Shown piece by piece: positions 60,101 through 63,110 of a stretch of 63,110 nt of DNA. Every line of letters starts with the position of its first letter. The stretch's first letter is position 1. The translations under genes and the position numbers were made by a program. This DNA is from Octopus bimaculoides (lineage: Eukaryota), in NCBI RefSeq assembly GCF_001194135.2, contig NC_068993.1, positions 54,228,346 to 54,291,455 of the forward strand, read 5' to 3'. Below the pieces are notes generated by a model. That model had not been told where the DNA came from and made no database searches. It worked only from the letters and a program-made list of their open reading frames with translations.

Positions 60101-62324
60101 AGTATTTGTTACCCATCTTTCTGCGCGACAACCACCGAGATGTAACGTTTCAGAAGTCTGTTAATCCTAACAAACACAAGAGGTTGACAAACCTGAATGT
60201 AGCCATTTCATTGGTTGATCGTAATCACAATTCAAAGTTGCATCGATACACCAAACTTGAAAGCAATCTGAGCAAAATTAAGTGGGGTGGGCTCATTTTG
60301 CGAATGAGAAAGACTAGATCCAGTTTCTCTAACATCATTATTGGACTTAAGAAAACCGTGCATGGAATGCAGTCTTAATTTCGGCGCAGTTTCATAACCT
60401 CTATCTGTACTTTTGTATTCCCTCTGTTGACATCACGACAATGGTTTGATAACTAGCTCTACTATTTCGGCAGATAAAAATAATTTAATGTTTTATTATA
60501 CCTTATTTTACAACAATGTCGTATTATAGAGTTTAAACATGAAAAAATGTCCAGGAAAAGCTCTGCATTAAACACATTAAAACAAGCGATTGACTTTAAC
60601 ATAGAAAAATGAAGCAGGTAGGTTCCGAGGTTTTGTTCTGTTTTTTGCTTTTTCTCCATAATTCCTCTCACTGTCTGCAAGATTTTCTACTATACTTTTA
60701 AAAAAATCAATATTTGAAACGGGGAAACCACCTGAAAATCAGTGAGAAATGAATTATAAAACAAATAAAAAGTTAATATAGTGGGAGGGATGGAGAGAGA
60801 AGAAAAATGAGAGGTTGGAAGATCATTTAGCTTTTCCAATAATTAAAAATATTTATACTATCACTTGACTGCAGTGATGACTTCTATAAAAAACAGTGGG
60901 ATAAAATAGTACATCTTCCTTTAGAAAATTGGTTTAAAGTAGTTTATCGACGTTGGCATGTGAAAATGTTTTCTATTGTACAATAATTATAGTTAATGCA
61001 TTGCTTCACACTGAGCAGAATTCTTCTTTATCAAATTTATGTATCATTAAACAATTCGTACTGTCTTCTTTTATAATTCAGTTATTGAAAGAGAAAAATG
61101 GCATATTTTAATCACTAAACATGTAATTTAATCTAAACTTTATAAATATTATATTATCATAAATACATTTTTGATTGAGTTGATGTCGGTCTACCGTTTC
61201 GTTTAACTATAAACAATTAATTTTAAAACAACTTGGATGTAATTAATATTTCAGAGACGATATTACTGTTCTGTCTAAATGTTGTAGACAACCTTTTTTT
61301 TATGTCGTTAAGACAACATTGTTAAACCGTTTATTGCATAACATATTTCGTTGTATACAAATCTTAATTTTGCCGCCAGTGTGCAGCTTATACAGAAGTA
61401 ACTGGCCTACCAATTTTTAAAAAAAAGGCTACATTCTATAATGTAATCCTAGATATCCCTAAAATGTTACTGTAACTATGACAACACCTTTCGATCATAG
61501 GTCGGTTTGATCAGGTTTGGCCTGGGGCTAAATAACTTGTAATGTGCGAGGTTTTCTAAATGACACGTCTTAACGAAAAGATTACCTTGACTTTTTTTTA
61601 GTACTGTCCACTTGATGATAAATCATGTCGCATGCTTCTTAAATCGTGTTTCTAGAAAACAGTTGGCCATTCCTGATTTATATGAATTAATGTTTTAACA
61701 ACCAATAATCTTTGGACCTAAATATCTTCCATAAGTGATGTCAAACGAAAAATGCTATTAATGGAAATCGCTAATTAAATACATGAGATGAATTCTAAAA
61801 CCTCGATCAAAACAACAATGAAAATAGTATTTAGCTACAAGTTAGCTATAAACTGTATTTTAAGTTACAAACTGCAGAGGACGAGACCAAGACTAAGAGC
61901 TATATGACTTAATGATAATCATAAACTAACAAAATCTCCATCTTCTTGAAAATTAATCCCCAGTTCACCAGCAACGCATCAAAATCAGGTCTGTGTAGAG
62001 CGGCAATAGGCCAGATGTCTAATGTGAAATGTGGGCTTCATTTCAAATTGCTCATAGTAATCAGTGCTAAATACTAATGATTTATGAAGGGGTTACGGGT
62101 ATGTACACGTACATGCAGTGTTACATGATGTACCTACAAGTAATAGAATAAGATAAAGAAGTAGAATGAGTTATAATGAAAAGGGAGTGGGATAATTATT
62201 TACTAGGGTCATCTCTTTACCTCTAAGGGGAAAAGGGAGGGCTATTTGGTAGGCCAAATGACTATTTAACCACCTCAGCTGTTTGGGCCACTATATTAAG
62301 GGTTTCTGTAATAGGGACAAGGAC

Positions 62325-62627
62325 TGAAATTTCGTGGGAGGGTACTAATCAATTACATTGAGCCCAGAACCCAACTGGTATTTATTTTATCGACCCCGAA
62401 AGGATGAAAGGCAAAGTCAACCTCAGCAGAATTTGAACTCAGAATGTAAAAACCACAAGCAGAATTTCGTCTGTTTTTACGTTCTGAGTTCAAATTCCGC
62501 CAAGGTCGACTTTACCTTTCATCCTTTCGGGGTCGATAAAATAAGCACCAGTTGAGCACTGGGGTCGATGTAATCGACTGGCTCCCATCCCTGAAATTGC
62601 TGGACTTGTGTAAAAATTTGAAACCAT
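62325..62627. mobile_element. Head-to-head inverted pair of SINE family A
   Basis: Minus copy 62325-62451 and plus copy about 62471-62627, separated by a 19-nt spacer. Confidence 0.8.
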
Positions 62628-63110
62628 CATTATTAATATAATCAGCCGACTCACTTCAAAAGCGAACTTTATAGAACTGAACTTATTTCTGTGTATATTT
62701 GATTGATTATAAAAGATGTCTGTAAAGAGATCCGTCTTCGATAACATTAGATTAAATATTTTCAATGAATGTTTTGATTTCCTGAATGTAATAATTGTAA
62801 AATTTTATGGCCCGACACAATTTTAACTTAAGCCGGGCAATTGATCGGAAATAGAAACTTGACTAATTATATGAAGTAATGCAAGGCGAGAAAAAACACG
62901 AGAAATAATTAAATACTGAAATAAAGGCGATAGCATTTTAATTGGAGACTAGCATTATTTGTAAATAATGTAAAATATATCCAGGCACGCAGACAAATTA
63001 TAACTACACATATTTTCTCTCTTTTTTTGCTATGTGCACTTTTATTTTTTATGTTCCTACTCTTTTACACACTACACACTGTGATGTATATATATATATA
63101 TATATATATA

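Noticed and set aside
1-63110. CRISPR arrays, rRNA or prokaryotic operons
   Set aside because: None seen. The tandem repeats lack unique spacers and the DNA is intron-rich eukaryotic sequence.

Overview
AT-rich eukaryotic genomic DNA with many SINEs, MITEs and microsatellites. The repeat families look like Octopus, which is an inference. There are three N gaps. Most of the window is one minus-strand gene, ATRX. I reconstructed by hand 31 phase-consistent GT-AG coding exons from ATG 33332 to stop 4321, giving 7029 nt and about 2342 aa. The protein has an N-terminal ADD zinc finger, a long K/D/E/S-rich linker (one 2445-nt exon), SNF2 ATPase motifs I-VI and a Q/M/N-rich tail. Candidate promoters lie about 17-19 kb upstream (about 50030 and 52130-52230). 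Introns and the intergenic region hold tRNA-derived SINEs, repeats with (GAT)n tails, piggyBac/hAT/Tigger-type and GGATC-ended MITEs, a Merlin transposase fossil, a Penelope GIY-YIG fossil and a Tx1/L1 3' fragment. Best second-look items: (1) a tRNA-headed SINE in an ATRX intron carrying a Penelope-type minimal hammerhead core in the pre-mRNA sense, with a damaged stem I; (2) conserved ATRX linker motifs, one apparently moved relative to human; (3) a 5' end with an in-frame uORF blocked by two UAGs and a 35-nt micro-exon whose skipping gives an immediate stop; (4) a possible alternative C-terminal exon; (5) a possible unannotated spliced ORF at 54-62 kb. All comparisons to human ATRX and to repeat families come from memory, not from database searches.
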